From positions 3,537 to 67,536 of the forward strand of contig JBPCIX010000022.1 of assembly GCA_051005875.1 (NCBI GenBank): 64,000 nt of DNA. Direction: 5' to 3'. Every line of letters begins with the position of its first letter. Within the stretch, counting starts at the first letter, position 1. The DNA is from Actinomycetota bacterium. Its GTDB lineage: Bacteria; Actinomycetota; CADDZG01; JAHWKV01. A model generated the notes under the pieces. It searched no databases and was not told the origin of the DNA. It saw nothing but the letters and a program-made list of their open reading frames with translations. Below, one piece after another: positions 19,101 through 29,753 of this stretch. Position numbers and translations under genes: made by a program.

Positions 19101-19926
19101 TGCCGGCCGCCTGGCCGTCGGTCTGGTGGCCGTCGGTCTCATAGTCGGTCCCGAGCAACTCTGCCATGGCACGTGCGGGATCTTCTGCGCGCATTAGCGC
19201 CTCGCCAACCAGAATGGCATCGACCTCCGCATTTTCTAGCTCTTCCACATCTTTTCTTGACTTTATGCCGCTCTCGGCGACCATCACCGTCTCGCGCGGA
19301 ATTTCCCGTCGCAGCCTAATTGCGAGCGAGGTATCTACTTCGAAGGTTTTTAGATCGCGCTGATTTACTCCAATCACCTCAGGGTCCACTTCAAAGGCTC
19401 GCTCTAGCTCATATTCATCGTGCACCTCAATCAAGGGACAAAGCTCGTATGCGCACGCTGCCTCGAACAGTTCTTCGAACAACCCTTGATCGGGCAGAGC
19501 GGCCAGGATCAGTAGAGCTGCATCGGCGCCCGCCAGCCGGGCTTCGGCCATCTGGTAAACGTCAACGATGAAGTCCTTGCGAAGAATCGGAAGGGAACTG
19601 CCCGATCGAGCGCCGGCGATGTCTTCCAGGCTTCCGTGGAAAAATTCAGGCTCGGTCAGAACGGAAATGGCTCTTGCGCCTCCGGCCTCGTACGAAGCCG
19701 CGATTTCGGCAGGCTCGACGCCGGCGCGAATTTCCCCAGCCGAGGGCGACCAGCGCTTTATTTCGGCAATTACCGACATCCCTTCTAGCCGAAGCGCAGC
19801 CACAAAGTCGCGGGGTTTGGGAGTGTGAAAGGCATCACGGTCCAAATCGTTGAGCGATCGCTGCTTAATTTGACGCTCAACGCGGGCACGGGTCGAGCCC
19901 AGAATATTTTCCAGGAAACTGGTCAC
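19093..19926 (-). CDS. trpC: indole-3-glycerol phosphate synthase
   Basis: 277 aa with [33 protein letters not shown] and IGVNQRDL motifs. Confidence 0.9.
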   Translation of the reverse strand: MTSFLENILGSTRARVERQIKQRSLNDLDRDAFHTPKPRDFVAALRLEGMSVIAEIKRWSPSAGEIRAGVEPAEIAASYEAGGARAISVLTEPEFFHGSLEDIAGARSGSSLPILRKDFIVDVYQMAEARLAGADAALLILAALPDQGLFEELFEAACAYELCPLIEVHDEYELERAFEVDPEVIGVNQRDLKTFEVDTSLAIRLRREIPRETVMVAESGIKSRKDVEELENAEVDAILVGEALMRAEDPARAMAELLGTDYETDGHQTDGQAAGNG

Positions 19927-21425
19927 ACGAAATCCTTTTCCCGGCGCTCGGCCATTGCCGCCGCGGTCAGGACTGCTCTTGCCTTATTCAGCGTTTCTTC
20001 CCACTCGGTCGCCGGATCGGAATCGGCTACTATTCCGGCCCCCACCTGAATGTGGCACATGCCGTCCAAAATATAGGCGGTACGCAAGGCAATGCAGGTG
20101 TCGAGGTTGCCGGAAAGATCAAAATACCCAACCACGCCCGCGTAGGGGCCGCGCCGGGTGGGCTCCAGCTCATCGATTATTTCCATCGCCCTTATCTTCG
20201 GTGCCCCCGAAACAGTACCTGCCGGAAAGGATGCGTAAAGGGCGTCCAAAGCAGTTTTACCGTCGGCCAGATGGCCCGCAACTTGCGAAACCATGTGCAT
20301 CACGTGTGAATAACGCTCTACCTGCATCAGCTCTTCAACCTCCACACTGCCGAAGTCTGAGACCCTGCCAATATCGTTTCTGGCGAGGTCGACCAGCATC
20401 ACGTGCTCGGCGCGCTCTTTTTCGTCATCAACGAATTCCTTTTCGATCTCAAGATCTTCTTCGTCGGTCCGGCCCCTCGGCCGCGTGCCCGCGATCGGGC
20501 GCTGTATGACTCTACGGTCGTGAACCTTGATCAACGGCTCCGGCGACGAGCCGAGCACGGTTATTTCCGGGTGGCTCAGATAAAACATGTACGGACTTGG
20601 ATTCACAAGTCTAAGCATTCGGTACATTTCAAATGGATCATTATTGAGCGGAGTTGAGAAACGGTGGGCAACCACGACTTGAAAGATGTCACCGGCCAGC
20701 ATGTGCTCCTTGGCCGCCTCAACTGCGCTCATGTATTCCTGCCTGGTCATGGTTGAAGGGGGAATCTCAGGGTCGACCGGCGTTAGGTCGAGCGGGTGAT
20801 AGGGCAAGGGTTCCCCGAGTTTGGAAACGAGATCGTCGGTGCGTTCAACGGCAGCTTCATAGGTTTCCCCTCCAACTACATTTGCGACGACCGTGATCCT
20901 TTGGCGAAGATGATCGAAAGCCAGAACCGACCGGGGAAACATCAACATCATCTCGGGCGGATCCAGGTCCGCCGTGGTGGTTTGGGGCAGGTTCTCCAGG
21001 TAGTTCACCACGTCGTAGCCTAGATAACCGACGGTGCCGACGAATAGAGGCGGCAAGCCTTCAAGAACAGGGGCCGTCAGGCTGGCCAGCACCTCGCGCA
21101 CCGCCTCCAGGGGATTCTTGCTTTGAATGTCGGCTGAAACTTCTCCGCTTAACCTCGTTTCGCCGCCGCGCGACGTCATCACTAAGAATGGGTCCAGGCC
21201 GATAAAGGAATAGCGGCCCCAGCGCTCCCCCTGTTCCACCGACTCCAGAAGAAACGAGGCTTTAACGCCCTTTACTGTCGAGCGACCCAGTTTCATGTAA
21301 GCCGAGACGGGAGTTTCCAGATCCGCCGCCACCTCACGCCAGATGGGCACAACCGAAAAGTTGCGCGCTAAGGATTCGAACTCACTTTTCGTGACCTTGT
21401 ACTCAGAATGCTCGCTTGGAGCCAA
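19923..21425 (-). CDS. trpE: anthranilate synthase component I
   Basis: 500 aa with chorismate-binding motifs, including [22 protein letters not shown] and GPYAGVVGY. Confidence 0.92.
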   Translation of the reverse strand: MAPSEHSEYKVTKSEFESLARNFSVVPIWREVAADLETPVSAYMKLGRSTVKGVKASFLLESVEQGERWGRYSFIGLDPFLVMTSRGGETRLSGEVSADIQSKNPLEAVREVLASLTAPVLEGLPPLFVGTVGYLGYDVVNYLENLPQTTTADLDPPEMMLMFPRSVLAFDHLRQRITVVANVVGGETYEAAVERTDDLVSKLGEPLPYHPLDLTPVDPEIPPSTMTRQEYMSAVEAAKEHMLAGDIFQVVVAHRFSTPLNNDPFEMYRMLRLVNPSPYMFYLSHPEITVLGSSPEPLIKVHDRRVIQRPIAGTRPRGRTDEEDLEIEKEFVDDEKERAEHVMLVDLARNDIGRVSDFGSVEVEELMQVERYSHVMHMVSQVAGHLADGKTALDALYASFPAGTVSGAPKIRAMEIIDELEPTRRGPYAGVVGYFDLSGNLDTCIALRTAYILDGMCHIQVGAGIVADSDPATEWEETLNKARAVLTAAAMAERREKDFV

Positions 21426-21446
21426 GGAATTCGATTTAGGTTTCAG

Positions 21447-21782
21447 TTATAACTCGCGATAAAAGCAGGTGCGCTCACCGGTATGGCAGGCCGGCCCGGC
21501 GGGCCGAACCTTGACCAGCAAAACGTCGGCATCACAGTCAAAAAGGATTTGCTCCACCCGCTGTAGGTTGCCTGAAGTCGCGCCCTTGTTCCACAGCTCC
21601 TGGCGGCTCCGGCTCCAGAACCAGGTCGTCTTTTGGTCAAGGGTCAGCTGCAAGGACTCAGCGTTCATCCATGCGAGCATCAACACATCACCATTTTCGA
21701 AGTCTTGCACGATCGCGGGCACCAGCCCATTCGCATCCCATTTTAGATTCTGAACAGATTCGATCATCGAGGCTGCTGCCAC
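21447..21782 (-). CDS. hisI: phosphoribosyl-AMP cyclohydrolase
   Basis: 111 aa containing LVPAIVQD...[25 protein letters not shown] and CD.D.LL..V...GPACHTG. Confidence 0.9.
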   Translation of the reverse strand: MAAASMIESVQNLKWDANGLVPAIVQDFENGDVLMLAWMNAESLQLTLDQKTTWFWSRSRQELWNKGATSGNLQRVEQILFDCDADVLLVKVRPAGPACHTGERTCFYREL

Positions 21783-22771
21783 TAAACTATGTCGATCATT
21801 CTTTGCAGTGCGAGGCGAGCGCGATCTGCAATCCGTCGTGGAACGGTTACCTCATAGACCATGTTTTCGAGGCTGTTCAGCAGATTGGCCGGAGTGTTTT
21901 TCTTCATGTACTGACAGATGGCAGCCTCGTTGGCTGCAATGAATTCTTTGTCCGGATTCGCCTTACGCAACCCGTGCAGCAGCCCGGTTTCAGTCGCGAC
22001 GATGAACTGCGTTGCGTCGCTTACTTTGGCTCGCCGTTGCATGCCGGCGGTCCCCAGCATGAAGGTGCGTTCAGCGGGCAGGTCGCCCGTCGAAGCAAGA
22101 TACAGGGCCTTGGAAGCACAGCCGCATTCAGGGTGGATATGAAGTTCGGCGCCTGGATGCTCGTTCAGCGTCTGAGTTATGTCGGAGGGCTCGATGCCTG
22201 CGTGAACATGGCACTCCCCCATCCAAATGTTTAGCTTGCGCCCAGTCATTCTCTCGAGGTGCGCCCCCAGAAACATATCGGGCAAGAAAAGGATCTCTTT
22301 GTCCCGAGGAATGGATTCGATGATTTTGGGCCCGTTTGCCGATGTACAGCAATAGTCCGACTCGGCTTTGACCTCCGCTGACGTATTTACGTAGGAAACT
22401 ACCACCGCATCAGGGTGCTCTGCCTTCCAGGCACGAAGTTGCTCCCCGGTAATTGTCTCGGCGAGCGAACAGCCCGCCGCCGGATCTGGAATAAGCACCG
22501 TCTTATCGTAGGAAAGGATCTTGGCAGTCTCGGCCATAAAGTTCACGCCGCAAAAAACAATGACGTCGGCGGATGTTTCCGCCGCCTTGCGCGAAAGCTC
22601 CAGTGAGTCACCCACGATGTCGGCGACCTCTTGAATCCAGGGCACTTGATAGTTGTGGGCCAAAATCACCGCATTGCGCTTTACCGCAAGCGCCCTCACC
22701 CGCGCCGACCACTCCTCGAACGAGGCTAGTGGGGCGGCCCACTGAACAACGTCTTTGTCAACGATCGCCAT
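21782..22771 (-). CDS. nadA: quinolinate synthase
   Basis: It has AVILAHNYQ, three Cys-containing repeats and ILFLPD. The start is trimmed to MAIVDKD (22771). The long ORF start at 22930 would overlap nadC. Confidence 0.88.
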   Translation of the reverse strand: MAIVDKDVVQWAAPLASFEEWSARVRALAVKRNAVILAHNYQVPWIQEVADIVGDSLELSRKAAETSADVIVFCGVNFMAETAKILSYDKTVLIPDPAAGCSLAETITGEQLRAWKAEHPDAVVVSYVNTSAEVKAESDYCCTSANGPKIIESIPRDKEILFLPDMFLGAHLERMTGRKLNIWMGECHVHAGIEPSDITQTLNEHPGAELHIHPECGCASKALYLASTGDLPAERTFMLGTAGMQRRAKVSDATQFIVATETGLLHGLRKANPDKEFIAANEAAICQYMKKNTPANLLNSLENMVYEVTVPRRIADRARLALQRMIDIV

Positions 22772-22826
22772 ACCCCATTGTACGGTTGAAGACTTCCCCT
22801 GGGCAGACTTAGTACACAATGCCTTG

Positions 22827-23666
22827 ATGCACACTTTGGATCGAAGCGAGCTGGATGAACTCGTCCGCCGCGCATTGGCCGAGGATTTGGGCGATGCAGG
22901 CGACATCACCACCAAGCGAATAATTCGCATTGATCAGCCCGGAAAGGGCCGAATAGTCTGCAAGCAGGCTGGGATTCTTGCCGGCCGGCCGGTGGCCGAC
23001 GCTGTATTCAACGCCGTGGATCGCTCCCTTGTGATCGAGTGGCTAGCCGAGGAAGGATCGGAAATACTCCCCGGTACCGACCTGGCGCTCCTGCATGGCC
23101 GGGCCAGAGCCATCTTTGCCGCAGAGCGTGTGGCCCTCAACTTCCTGCAGCACCTTTCCGGGGTCGCTACGGTCACAAGCAAATACGCTGAGCCCTGCTT
23201 GAAATACGGTGTGAAGTTGCTTTGCACTCGAAAGACCCTGCCGGGACTAAGAACAGTTGAACGCTACGCAGTCGCCGTGGGGGGCGGCCAGATGCACAGA
23301 GCAGGCCTTTTTGATGCCATCTTGATCAAGTCGAACCACTCAAAGCTGGCCGGTAGCCTCGGCGAGGCGGTGCGGAGAACCAAAGCCAACCCGAACCTGT
23401 CGGCTGAGGTCGAAGTGTCTGACATGGAAGGGCTGGAAGAAGCTATCGAGGCGGGAGCAGACAGCATCCTGCTCGACAACGCTGGGCTCGACTTGATCAA
23501 GAAAGTAGTTGCCCGCACTCGCGGGAATATCTACCTGGAAGTTTCCGGAGGCGTGAGCTTAAAAAATATCGCCGCCATCGCCCGCTTGAAGCCCGACGCG
23601 ATCTCGGTAGGCGCACTCACGCACTCGGCCCCCTCGATTGACCTCGCACTGCACATGTTTACCTAA
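22827..23666 (+). CDS. nadC: nicotinate-nucleotide pyrophosphorylase (carboxylating)
   Basis: It has ALAEDLG.GDITT, the RKT.PG.R motif (TRKTLPGLR), and IKSNH/ILLDN. The preferred start is MHTLDRSELD at 22827, divergent from nadA. Confidence 0.88.
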   Translation: MHTLDRSELDELVRRALAEDLGDAGDITTKRIIRIDQPGKGRIVCKQAGILAGRPVADAVFNAVDRSLVIEWLAEEGSEILPGTDLALLHGRARAIFAAERVALNFLQHLSGVATVTSKYAEPCLKYGVKLLCTRKTLPGLRTVERYAVAVGGGQMHRAGLFDAILIKSNHSKLAGSLGEAVRRTKANPNLSAEVEVSDMEGLEEAIEAGADSILLDNAGLDLIKKVVARTRGNIYLEVSGGVSLKNIAAIARLKPDAISVGALTHSAPSIDLALHMFT

Positions 23667-23700
23667 CCACGGCACCACGGCGGCAGACCGCGCATTAACT

Positions 23701-24207
23701 CTACTTCGGCGGAATTGTGAGGACGCTGCCCACCTTTAGGGCGCTTGAGTCCACGTTGTTTGCTTCACCAATCTTGTTGGCTAGATTCGGCGTCCCATAG
23801 ACCTTCTGCGATATGCCCCTCAAGGTGTCGCCGGATTTAACCGTGTACGTGGTCACTTGAGGCGAGGCGCCGGGCGACAGCGAGGCACCTGGACTCACAC
23901 TCGCAGATGCAGATGCAGATGCAGAGGGTGAGGGCGAGGGCGAGGGCGAAGGCGAGGGCTTGGCTTTAAGGGTCTTGATTTCGGAGTTGGCCTGAGTCAG
24001 TTGCCGGTTTACGCGATCGAAGTCGCCCTTGGGGACCCCCGACGAAGTACAACGACCAAGAATGAAAGCAAGTTGAAGCGCGACCAGAAGCACCACCACC
24101 CGTCCCCACAGAATCCGGGACCCCTCTATCTGTAATCTATCCCTCAGCGACCCGGCGGGCTCGTAGTCCCGCCCCAGATCATCCTGATCGTCCATTGGCA
24201 TTCCCAT
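23701..24207 (-). CDS. membrane-anchored LysM domain protein
   Basis: It has one TM (VVVLLVALQLAFILG), a (SP)n/(SA)n linker, and a C-terminal LysM domain YTVKSGDTLRGISQKVYGTPNLANKIGEANNV...LKVGSVLTIP. Confidence 0.8.
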   Translation of the reverse strand: MGMPMDDQDDLGRDYEPAGSLRDRLQIEGSRILWGRVVVLLVALQLAFILGRCTSSGVPKGDFDRVNRQLTQANSEIKTLKAKPSPSPSPSPSPSASASASASVSPGASLSPGASPQVTTYTVKSGDTLRGISQKVYGTPNLANKIGEANNVDSSALKVGSVLTIPPK

Positions 24208-24275
24208 CCCGAAACAGACTCACCCGAAAAAGACTCATCTTGAGATATAAGACTATCGCGTTTTTCGCGAGTTCT

Positions 24276-25031
24276 TCAGCCTCGTACGTGGATTCCCTCG
24301 GCAATCATGTGCGCCTTCACCTGCCTGATGCTAAGACGACCAAAGTGAAATAGCGATGCTGCAAGCACAGCTTCGGCGCCGCCCGCCGTTATGGCCTGTG
24401 AAAAGTGCTCGACTACACCTGCCCCTCCAGAAGCGACAACCGGGACATTGACGGCGCCACTCACCGCTCTCAGCAACTCGATGTCGAACCCTTTTTGCGT
24501 CCCGTCACGATCCATCGAGGTCAGCAAGATCTCGCCTGCCCCGCGCTTTTCAGCCTCGGTGGCCCATTGAACGGCATCGAGGCCCGCAGCCCGGCGACCA
24601 CCATGGGTGAAAACCTCCCAATGCTCCCCATCCCGGCGCGCATCGATTGCTACGACCATGCACTGGGCGCCAAATTCGTCGGCCCCTTCAGAAATTAACA
24701 CCGGCCTTTCTACGGCGGAAGTATTGACGGCGACCTTGTCGGCCCCCGCTCTCAGCAAGCGCCTAATATCTGAAACGCTCCTGACTCCTCCACCGATTGT
24801 GAGGGGGATAAAAACTTGTTCGGCGGTTCGGTGCGCAATGTCCAGAATCGTGTCCCGGCCTTCATGGGATGCTGTGATGTCGAGGAAGACCAATTCATCC
24901 GCGCCCTCGGTCTCATACCAACCGGCCAGTTCCACCGGGTCGCCGGCATCGATGAGATCGACAAACTTGACACCTTTGACAACCCGGCCGGCATTCACAT
25001 CCAGACAAGGGATCACCCGTTTGGCAAGCAC
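24276..25031 (-). CDS. hisF: imidazole glycerol phosphate synthase cyclase subunit
   Basis: It has [11 protein letters not shown] and the typical HisF barrel motifs. The preferred start is the GTG at 25031 ([12 protein letters not shown]), overlapping the hisA stop by 1 nt. The track start at 25055 is the alternative. Confidence 0.9.
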   Translation of the reverse strand: MLAKRVIPCLDVNAGRVVKGVKFVDLIDAGDPVELAGWYETEGADELVFLDITASHEGRDTILDIAHRTAEQVFIPLTIGGGVRSVSDIRRLLRAGADKVAVNTSAVERPVLISEGADEFGAQCMVVAIDARRDGEHWEVFTHGGRRAAGLDAVQWATEAEKRGAGEILLTSMDRDGTQKGFDIELLRAVSGAVNVPVVASGGAGVVEHFSQAITAGGAEAVLAASLFHFGRLSIRQVKAHMIAEGIHVRG

Positions 25032-25798
25032 TACCGGCCCACCCCTGTCGAGCAAGCCGCGAGCGCTGCCTCCAGCGAAACGTCGCCGGAGTACAAGGCA
25101 CGCCCAACGACAACGCCTTCCAGACCCCGGGGCGCCAACCCGGCAAGGCTGGCGATATCTTCTGCCGCGCTAACCCCACCCGAGGCTATAACCGACATGC
25201 GCCCCCCCACTTCTGCCAGTACATCTTCAATTGCCTCAAGATTGGGCCCCGCCAGCGTGCCGTCGCGTGCAATGTCGGTAAACATCACACGCTTCGCGCC
25301 CAGCTCCGCGACGCTGCGGATCGTCTCCTTCCAGGAGCGGCCTGAGCTCGTTTTCCATCCTTCAACCTGAACGACGCTGCCCCGCGCGTCTATTGAAACA
25401 ACCATTTGTTCAGAAAACTCCCTTACTGCCTCCGCTACGAATTCCGGCTCAAGTGATTTGGTCCCCACGCAAACCCTGGCGGCCCCTTTTTGGACCCAAT
25501 CCGATATTCGCTCGACAGAACGAACTCCGCCGCCAACCTCCACCGGAATTGGCGAGGCCTTGATTACCGCCTCGATCGTGCGAGTGTTGTCATGGCCCGA
25601 ACCGGTCGCCTGGTCCAAATCGACCACATGCAGCCAGCGCGCTCCGCCGGCGGCCCAGCCCAATGCTGTGGCCACCGGATCATCCTCATAGACCGTCATT
25701 TGCCCCATATCGCCCCTTGTGAGCCTGACCACTTTCCCCTCGACAATATCGATGGCGACGAAAACCTCGAAACTCAGTCGGGCGCTCCCAACGCACAC
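25031..25798 (-). CDS. hisA: HisA / PriA-type (beta/alpha)8 isomerase
   Basis: It has the [12 protein letters not shown] opening, GG.R, and SGGVS near the C-terminus. No trpF is seen next to trpC/B/A, so a dual HisA/TrpF (PriA) role is possible, as in other Actinobacteria. Confidence 0.85.
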   Translation of the reverse strand: MCVGSARLSFEVFVAIDIVEGKVVRLTRGDMGQMTVYEDDPVATALGWAAGGARWLHVVDLDQATGSGHDNTRTIEAVIKASPIPVEVGGGVRSVERISDWVQKGAARVCVGTKSLEPEFVAEAVREFSEQMVVSIDARGSVVQVEGWKTSSGRSWKETIRSVAELGAKRVMFTDIARDGTLAGPNLEAIEDVLAEVGGRMSVIASGGVSAAEDIASLAGLAPRGLEGVVVGRALYSGDVSLEAALAACSTGVGR

Positions 25799-26403
25799 CG
25801 CAACATCTCAATCCCGTCGGCACTCGATTTTTCTGGGTGAAATTGAACTCCGGCGACACTTTCAGCCTGGACCGCCGAAACAAAGTTGTTGCCGTAGTTG
25901 GTCAAGGCGCCGGCCATCGGCTTGTCGGTTGCGCACACGTAAGAGTGCACAAAGTAGAAACTGCGGCCGCTGAACTGCTCGAATAGCTCGGCCCCACCTA
26001 TTGCTTCTATGGAGTTCCAGCCCATGTGAGGGATCTTTTGGCCTCCGTTTAGCTTTACGACTTTGCCGGGGATTATCCCCAATCCCTTCGCCGAGCCTTC
26101 TTCTGATTCGTCGAAAAGCAATTGCATGCCAAGGCATATTCCAAGGAGCGGCTTACCCGCCGTTGCCCAATCCAAAAGAAGGTCATCGAGGCCCCTATCC
26201 GCCAGGTTGCGCATTCCGGCCGCGAAATGTCCGACGCCGGGAAGAACCAGAAAGTCTGCTTTCTTAAGTTCAGCGGGGCTTTGGGCCAAAAAGCACTCGG
26301 CCCCCGCTCTTTCCAGCGCCTTGGACACGCTGGCAAGGTTGCCCGTGCCGTAGTCAACTACACCAACTTTCTTCCCCCCAGCCTTCTTCCCCGCCGACTT
26401 CAA
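25774..26403 (-). CDS. hisH: imidazole glycerol phosphate synthase glutaminase subunit
   Basis: It has VVDYGTGNL, the catalytic GICLGMQLL, and a HSY triad region. Confidence 0.9.
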   Translation of the reverse strand: MKSAGKKAGGKKVGVVDYGTGNLASVSKALERAGAECFLAQSPAELKKADFLVLPGVGHFAAGMRNLADRGLDDLLLDWATAGKPLLGICLGMQLLFDESEEGSAKGLGIIPGKVVKLNGGQKIPHMGWNSIEAIGGAELFEQFSGRSFYFVHSYVCATDKPMAGALTNYGNNFVSAVQAESVAGVQFHPEKSSADGIEMLRCALGAPD

Positions 26404-27020
26404 AGAATGCCCTTGGTCGATGGAATTCTGCCCGCGGCGCGCGGGTTGATTTCGACCGCCGACAACAGTGCCTGGGCCACGGCCTTAAAAACCGCCTCGA
26501 CTATGTGGTGGGAATTCTTGCCCGCCAACAGCTTGATGTGAAGCGTCATTCCCGCGGCCCTAGTCAGCGCCATGAAGAACTCTTCAGTCAGATCGGGATC
26601 GTAATTTCCTATGGCCTCGGCGGGGACGGGGACCTCGTAAGCGAGCAAAGGCCGTCCCGACAGATCCAAAGCAGCGCGAACCAAGGCTTCCTCCATCGGA
26701 ACCGTCGCGGCGCCGTAACGACGGATTCCGCGCTTCTCACCCAGAGCCTCGGTCAACACCGCGCCCAGCACAAGCCCTGCGTCTTCAACCGTGTGGTGAG
26801 AGTCGATCTGCAGATCGCCTTCGGCGGTGACTTCAAGGTCAAACCCAGCGTGGCGGCCGAGCTGTTCGAGCATATGATCGAAAAATCCGACCCCGGTTGA
26901 GATCTCGGTAGTACCCGAGCCGTCCAGATTCAGCTTGACCGTAATGGAGGTCTCGTTTGTCTTCCGGGAAATTTGCGCCGACCTTTCTGAGGCGCCCGTT
27001 TTCAAGGGTTCGTCGCTCAT
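26400..27020 (-). CDS. hisB: imidazoleglycerol-phosphate dehydratase
   Basis: It has RKTNETSI, GVGFFDHML, DSHHTVED and NSHHIVEA motifs. Confidence 0.92.
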   Translation of the reverse strand: MSDEPLKTGASERSAQISRKTNETSITVKLNLDGSGTTEISTGVGFFDHMLEQLGRHAGFDLEVTAEGDLQIDSHHTVEDAGLVLGAVLTEALGEKRGIRRYGAATVPMEEALVRAALDLSGRPLLAYEVPVPAEAIGNYDPDLTEEFFMALTRAAGMTLHIKLLAGKNSHHIVEAVFKAVAQALLSAVEINPRAAGRIPSTKGIL

Positions 27021-28111
27021 CGATCTACCGCCTCAGCCGCAAGCGCATCAAGGAATTTCTCATTTTGCTCGGGTGTGCCTATCGACACTCGAAGACAATC
27101 CTCGCAACGGGGAACGTCAGAAAAGTCCCGGATCAAGATGCCTTGTTCCAACAAGCGCTGCCATACTTCGCCGGCCGGCTTGCTGGCGACTCTAAAGAGA
27201 ATGAAATTGGCGTCGCTTGGAAAGGGTACGATTCCGGCCATCGTTGACAGCTCGCGAAATACTCTGGCTCGCTCGTGCTGGATGGTCTCGACGGTAGCCA
27301 TAATCTCTTCTGCATGTGCCAGGGCGGCGAGCGCGGCAGCTTGGCTCAAGGCCGAAAGGTGATAAGGGAGCCGGACCTTTTGGATCTCTTCGATTATCCG
27401 CGCGCTTGCGATCAGGTAACCGAGTCGGGCACCCGCCAGCCGCCAAGATTTCGAAAAACTGCGCGTGACGACCAGGTTGTCGCATTCCTCAAGAAGTTGA
27501 ATCGAGCTGTTCGGGGTATCGGAAAACTCGACATAGGCCTCGTCGAGAATCACCATTCCGCTAGCCGCCTTGCAGATGGACTGGATATCATCCGGCGAAC
27601 AAGAATTGCCGGTCGGGTTATTTGGTGAACACAAGAACACGATATCGGGACGATGGGCAGCAATGGCATCGACGCAGGATTCAGCCGTTAGGGAGTAGTC
27701 GGGGTTCCGCCCGGCGCGCAGGTGCCTTGTGCCGCTGATCTTGGTTATGTGGGCGTGCATGCCGTAGGTAGGCTCGAAGGTCATGACCTTGCGCTCGGTC
27801 CCCCCGAAAGCCAGTAGCAGCTGCAACAAGATTTCATTCGATCCGTTGGCGAGCCAGACCCTTTCGGTCAGCGTGCCAACGTGAGCTGCCATCGCCTCGC
27901 GCACCGACGCGAAGTCTCGCTGCGGGTACCGGTTCAAATCCAGTTTTGCGACCCGTGCCTGTAGATCCCGCACGAAAGTCCCAGGTGGCGGGTAGGGGCT
28001 TTCGTTGGTGTTCAGTTTTACAGGGGCATCGAGTTGGGGCGCGCGGTAGGGGCTGAGATCGGCTAGGTCGGATCTCCCGCTCATGCGTTCGCGAAGTTCA
28101 GGGTCGGTCAT
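27017..28111 (-). CDS. hisC: histidinol-phosphate aminotransferase
   Basis: It is a class-II aminotransferase with LNTNESPYPP, CSPNNPTG and the PLP-Lys region TRSFSKSWRLAG. Confidence 0.9.
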   Translation of the reverse strand: MTDPELRERMSGRSDLADLSPYRAPQLDAPVKLNTNESPYPPPGTFVRDLQARVAKLDLNRYPQRDFASVREAMAAHVGTLTERVWLANGSNEILLQLLLAFGGTERKVMTFEPTYGMHAHITKISGTRHLRAGRNPDYSLTAESCVDAIAAHRPDIVFLCSPNNPTGNSCSPDDIQSICKAASGMVILDEAYVEFSDTPNSSIQLLEECDNLVVTRSFSKSWRLAGARLGYLIASARIIEEIQKVRLPYHLSALSQAAALAALAHAEEIMATVETIQHERARVFRELSTMAGIVPFPSDANFILFRVASKPAGEVWQRLLEQGILIRDFSDVPRCEDCLRVSIGTPEQNEKFLDALAAEAVDR

Positions 28112-28146
28112 CCGACTACTTTACTTCAGGGGGATTGGTTGCTCTG

Positions 28147-29409
28147 TTACCTGAGACGCGCTTGCACGGCCCCGGCGTGCAAAGGCAAGCCTTCAGTCTT
28201 AGCCAGAGTCTCGATGTGTGCGGCGGCCTGGGCAAGAGACTCCTTGGTGTGTTTGGTGACCGCGGTCGCCCTTTGGAAATGCGAGGTCCTGAGCCCCGAG
28301 GCCCACCGGCCCGCGCCGCCGGTCGGCAGAACATGATTCGTCCCGCCCAGGTAATCGCCGATGGAAACGGGCGTATAGGGCCCGACGAATATCGAACCCG
28401 CTGAGCGAAAGCGGTCGATATGTTTGCCTGCGCCATCGAAAATCAGTTCAAGATGCTCCGGCGCAAAGTCGTTTGCAAAGTCTACGGCTTGCTCAAGATC
28501 GCTGACCCAGACCGCCGAACAGCCGTCCTCTAAAGATGAGCGAAGCTGCGCTGACGCCCCCACTTCGCGGAGCAGGGCATCGACCGCCTGCCGTACTTGG
28601 GTTAGAGCCTGGTTGTTCCAACTCACTAAAACAAAGGCACCGCCGGGGCCATGCTCAGCTTGAGCCACCAGGTCGAAAGCAAGGATTCTCGGATCGACGA
28701 AACCGTCGGTCACAATCAAAATCTCGCTGGGGCCTGCGACCGAATCTATTCCGACGGTTCCCGCAACTTCTTTTTTCGCGAGGGCGACGTAGATGTTGCC
28801 GGGCCCGACTATCACGTCGGTCTTTCGAATTGACTCCGTTCCGTAGGCCATTGCTGCTATGGCTTGCGCGCCGCCGACCATGTAGATTTCCTCGATGCCC
28901 GCCACATGGGCGGCTGCCAGAGTCGGACCAGCGATTTTTCGGTTGCGGCCGGGCGGAACACAAAGCGCTACCTCTTTCACACCTGCGACCGCCGCTGGCG
29001 CCCCGGCCATCAGAACCGACGAGGGGTAGGCAGCCCTTCCTCCCGGAACATACATTCCTGCTCGCGGCACCGGGTGAACACGCTCACCCACCAGGCCGCC
29101 GCCGATCTCCGCTTCCCAGGGACCCAGCGATTGGCGCTCCGCGAAATCGTAAATTCTTTCGTAGGCCACCTCGAGCGCTTTGATCAAGTCCGGGTCGGCG
29201 GCATCGGCAGCCGCTTTCGTCGCTCCCTCCGGAACTCGAAGCTCCTTGAGCTTCACCCCGTCGAAGCGTTCGGTCAGCTCAAATAAGGCAGCGTCGCCCT
29301 CGTTTCGAACTTGCTCGATTATTTCTCTGACGGCCTCAAGGGGCTCGTCGTCAGTTGAAGGTCGAATGGGATCTGTTGGGCCACCGGACCGAAGGTCTAC
29401 AAAGCGCAT
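28147..29409 (-). CDS. hisD: histidinol dehydrogenase
   Basis: It has GMYVPGG.A.YPSSVLM, AQAEHGP and HVLPT motifs. The start is trimmed to MRFVDL (29409). The longer ORF to 29508 would run antisense through the zinc-ribbon gene. Confidence 0.9.
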   Translation of the reverse strand: MRFVDLRSGGPTDPIRPSTDDEPLEAVREIIEQVRNEGDAALFELTERFDGVKLKELRVPEGATKAAADAADPDLIKALEVAYERIYDFAERQSLGPWEAEIGGGLVGERVHPVPRAGMYVPGGRAAYPSSVLMAGAPAAVAGVKEVALCVPPGRNRKIAGPTLAAAHVAGIEEIYMVGGAQAIAAMAYGTESIRKTDVIVGPGNIYVALAKKEVAGTVGIDSVAGPSEILIVTDGFVDPRILAFDLVAQAEHGPGGAFVLVSWNNQALTQVRQAVDALLREVGASAQLRSSLEDGCSAVWVSDLEQAVDFANDFAPEHLELIFDGAGKHIDRFRSAGSIFVGPYTPVSIGDYLGGTNHVLPTGGAGRWASGLRTSHFQRATAVTKHTKESLAQAAAHIETLAKTEGLPLHAGAVQARLR

Positions 29410-29424
29410 AATGGTAATGAGTCT

Positions 29425-29664
29425 ATGCCCTGCTACCAGTGTGGAAAGGTCCAGACCGATCCGGCCAAAGGCGCCTCGCCCTGGGCCAGATTGGTCACGA
29501 ACAAACAACAGGTGCTGCTATGTCCGGACTGCCAGCGCAACGATCCAGGCTGGGTAGAGCGAAGCGATAAGTGTCAGTCCTGCGGCAGCTCCCGCATAGC
29601 GATTGTGCTGAATTCAGTTGTGTGCCGAGCGTGCGGCAAAGATATTCCACGAGAGGCTCTGTGA
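29425..29664 (+). CDS. small double zinc-ribbon protein (hypothetical)
   Basis: 79 aa with four CxxC pairs: CYQC..CPDC and CQSC..CRAC. Its ATG lies only 15 nt from the divergent hisD start. Confidence 0.45.
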   Translation: MPCYQCGKVQTDPAKGASPWARLVTNKQQVLLCPDCQRNDPGWVERSDKCQSCGSSRIAIVLNSVVCRACGKDIPREAL

Positions 29665-29753
29665 GTTCCGAGTGCAAGGCGCGAGGTCCCGCCGCGTGCT
29701 GTGCACGCAAGGGGCCGATAAACACAGCAATCGGGGCTCACAGAGCCTCTCGT
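29649..29753. repeat. 17-bp perfect inverted repeat bracketing the convergent zinc-ribbon and dnaE gene ends (possible bidirectional terminator)
   Basis: ACGAGAGGCTCTGTGAG at 29649-29665 is the exact reverse complement of CTCACAGAGCCTCTCGT at 29737-29753. Each arm covers the stop codon of one gene, and the 71-nt GC-rich spacer contains a smaller GTGCA..TGCAC hairpin. Confidence 0.8.

Noticed and set aside
18900-19172. Extended N-termini of trpB (to 19172), nadA (to 22930), nadC (from 22755), hisD (to 29508) and the RHH antitoxin (to 58962)
   Set aside because: The extensions overlap neighbouring genes and lack similarity to the conserved family N-termini. Internal starts restore the canonical openings.
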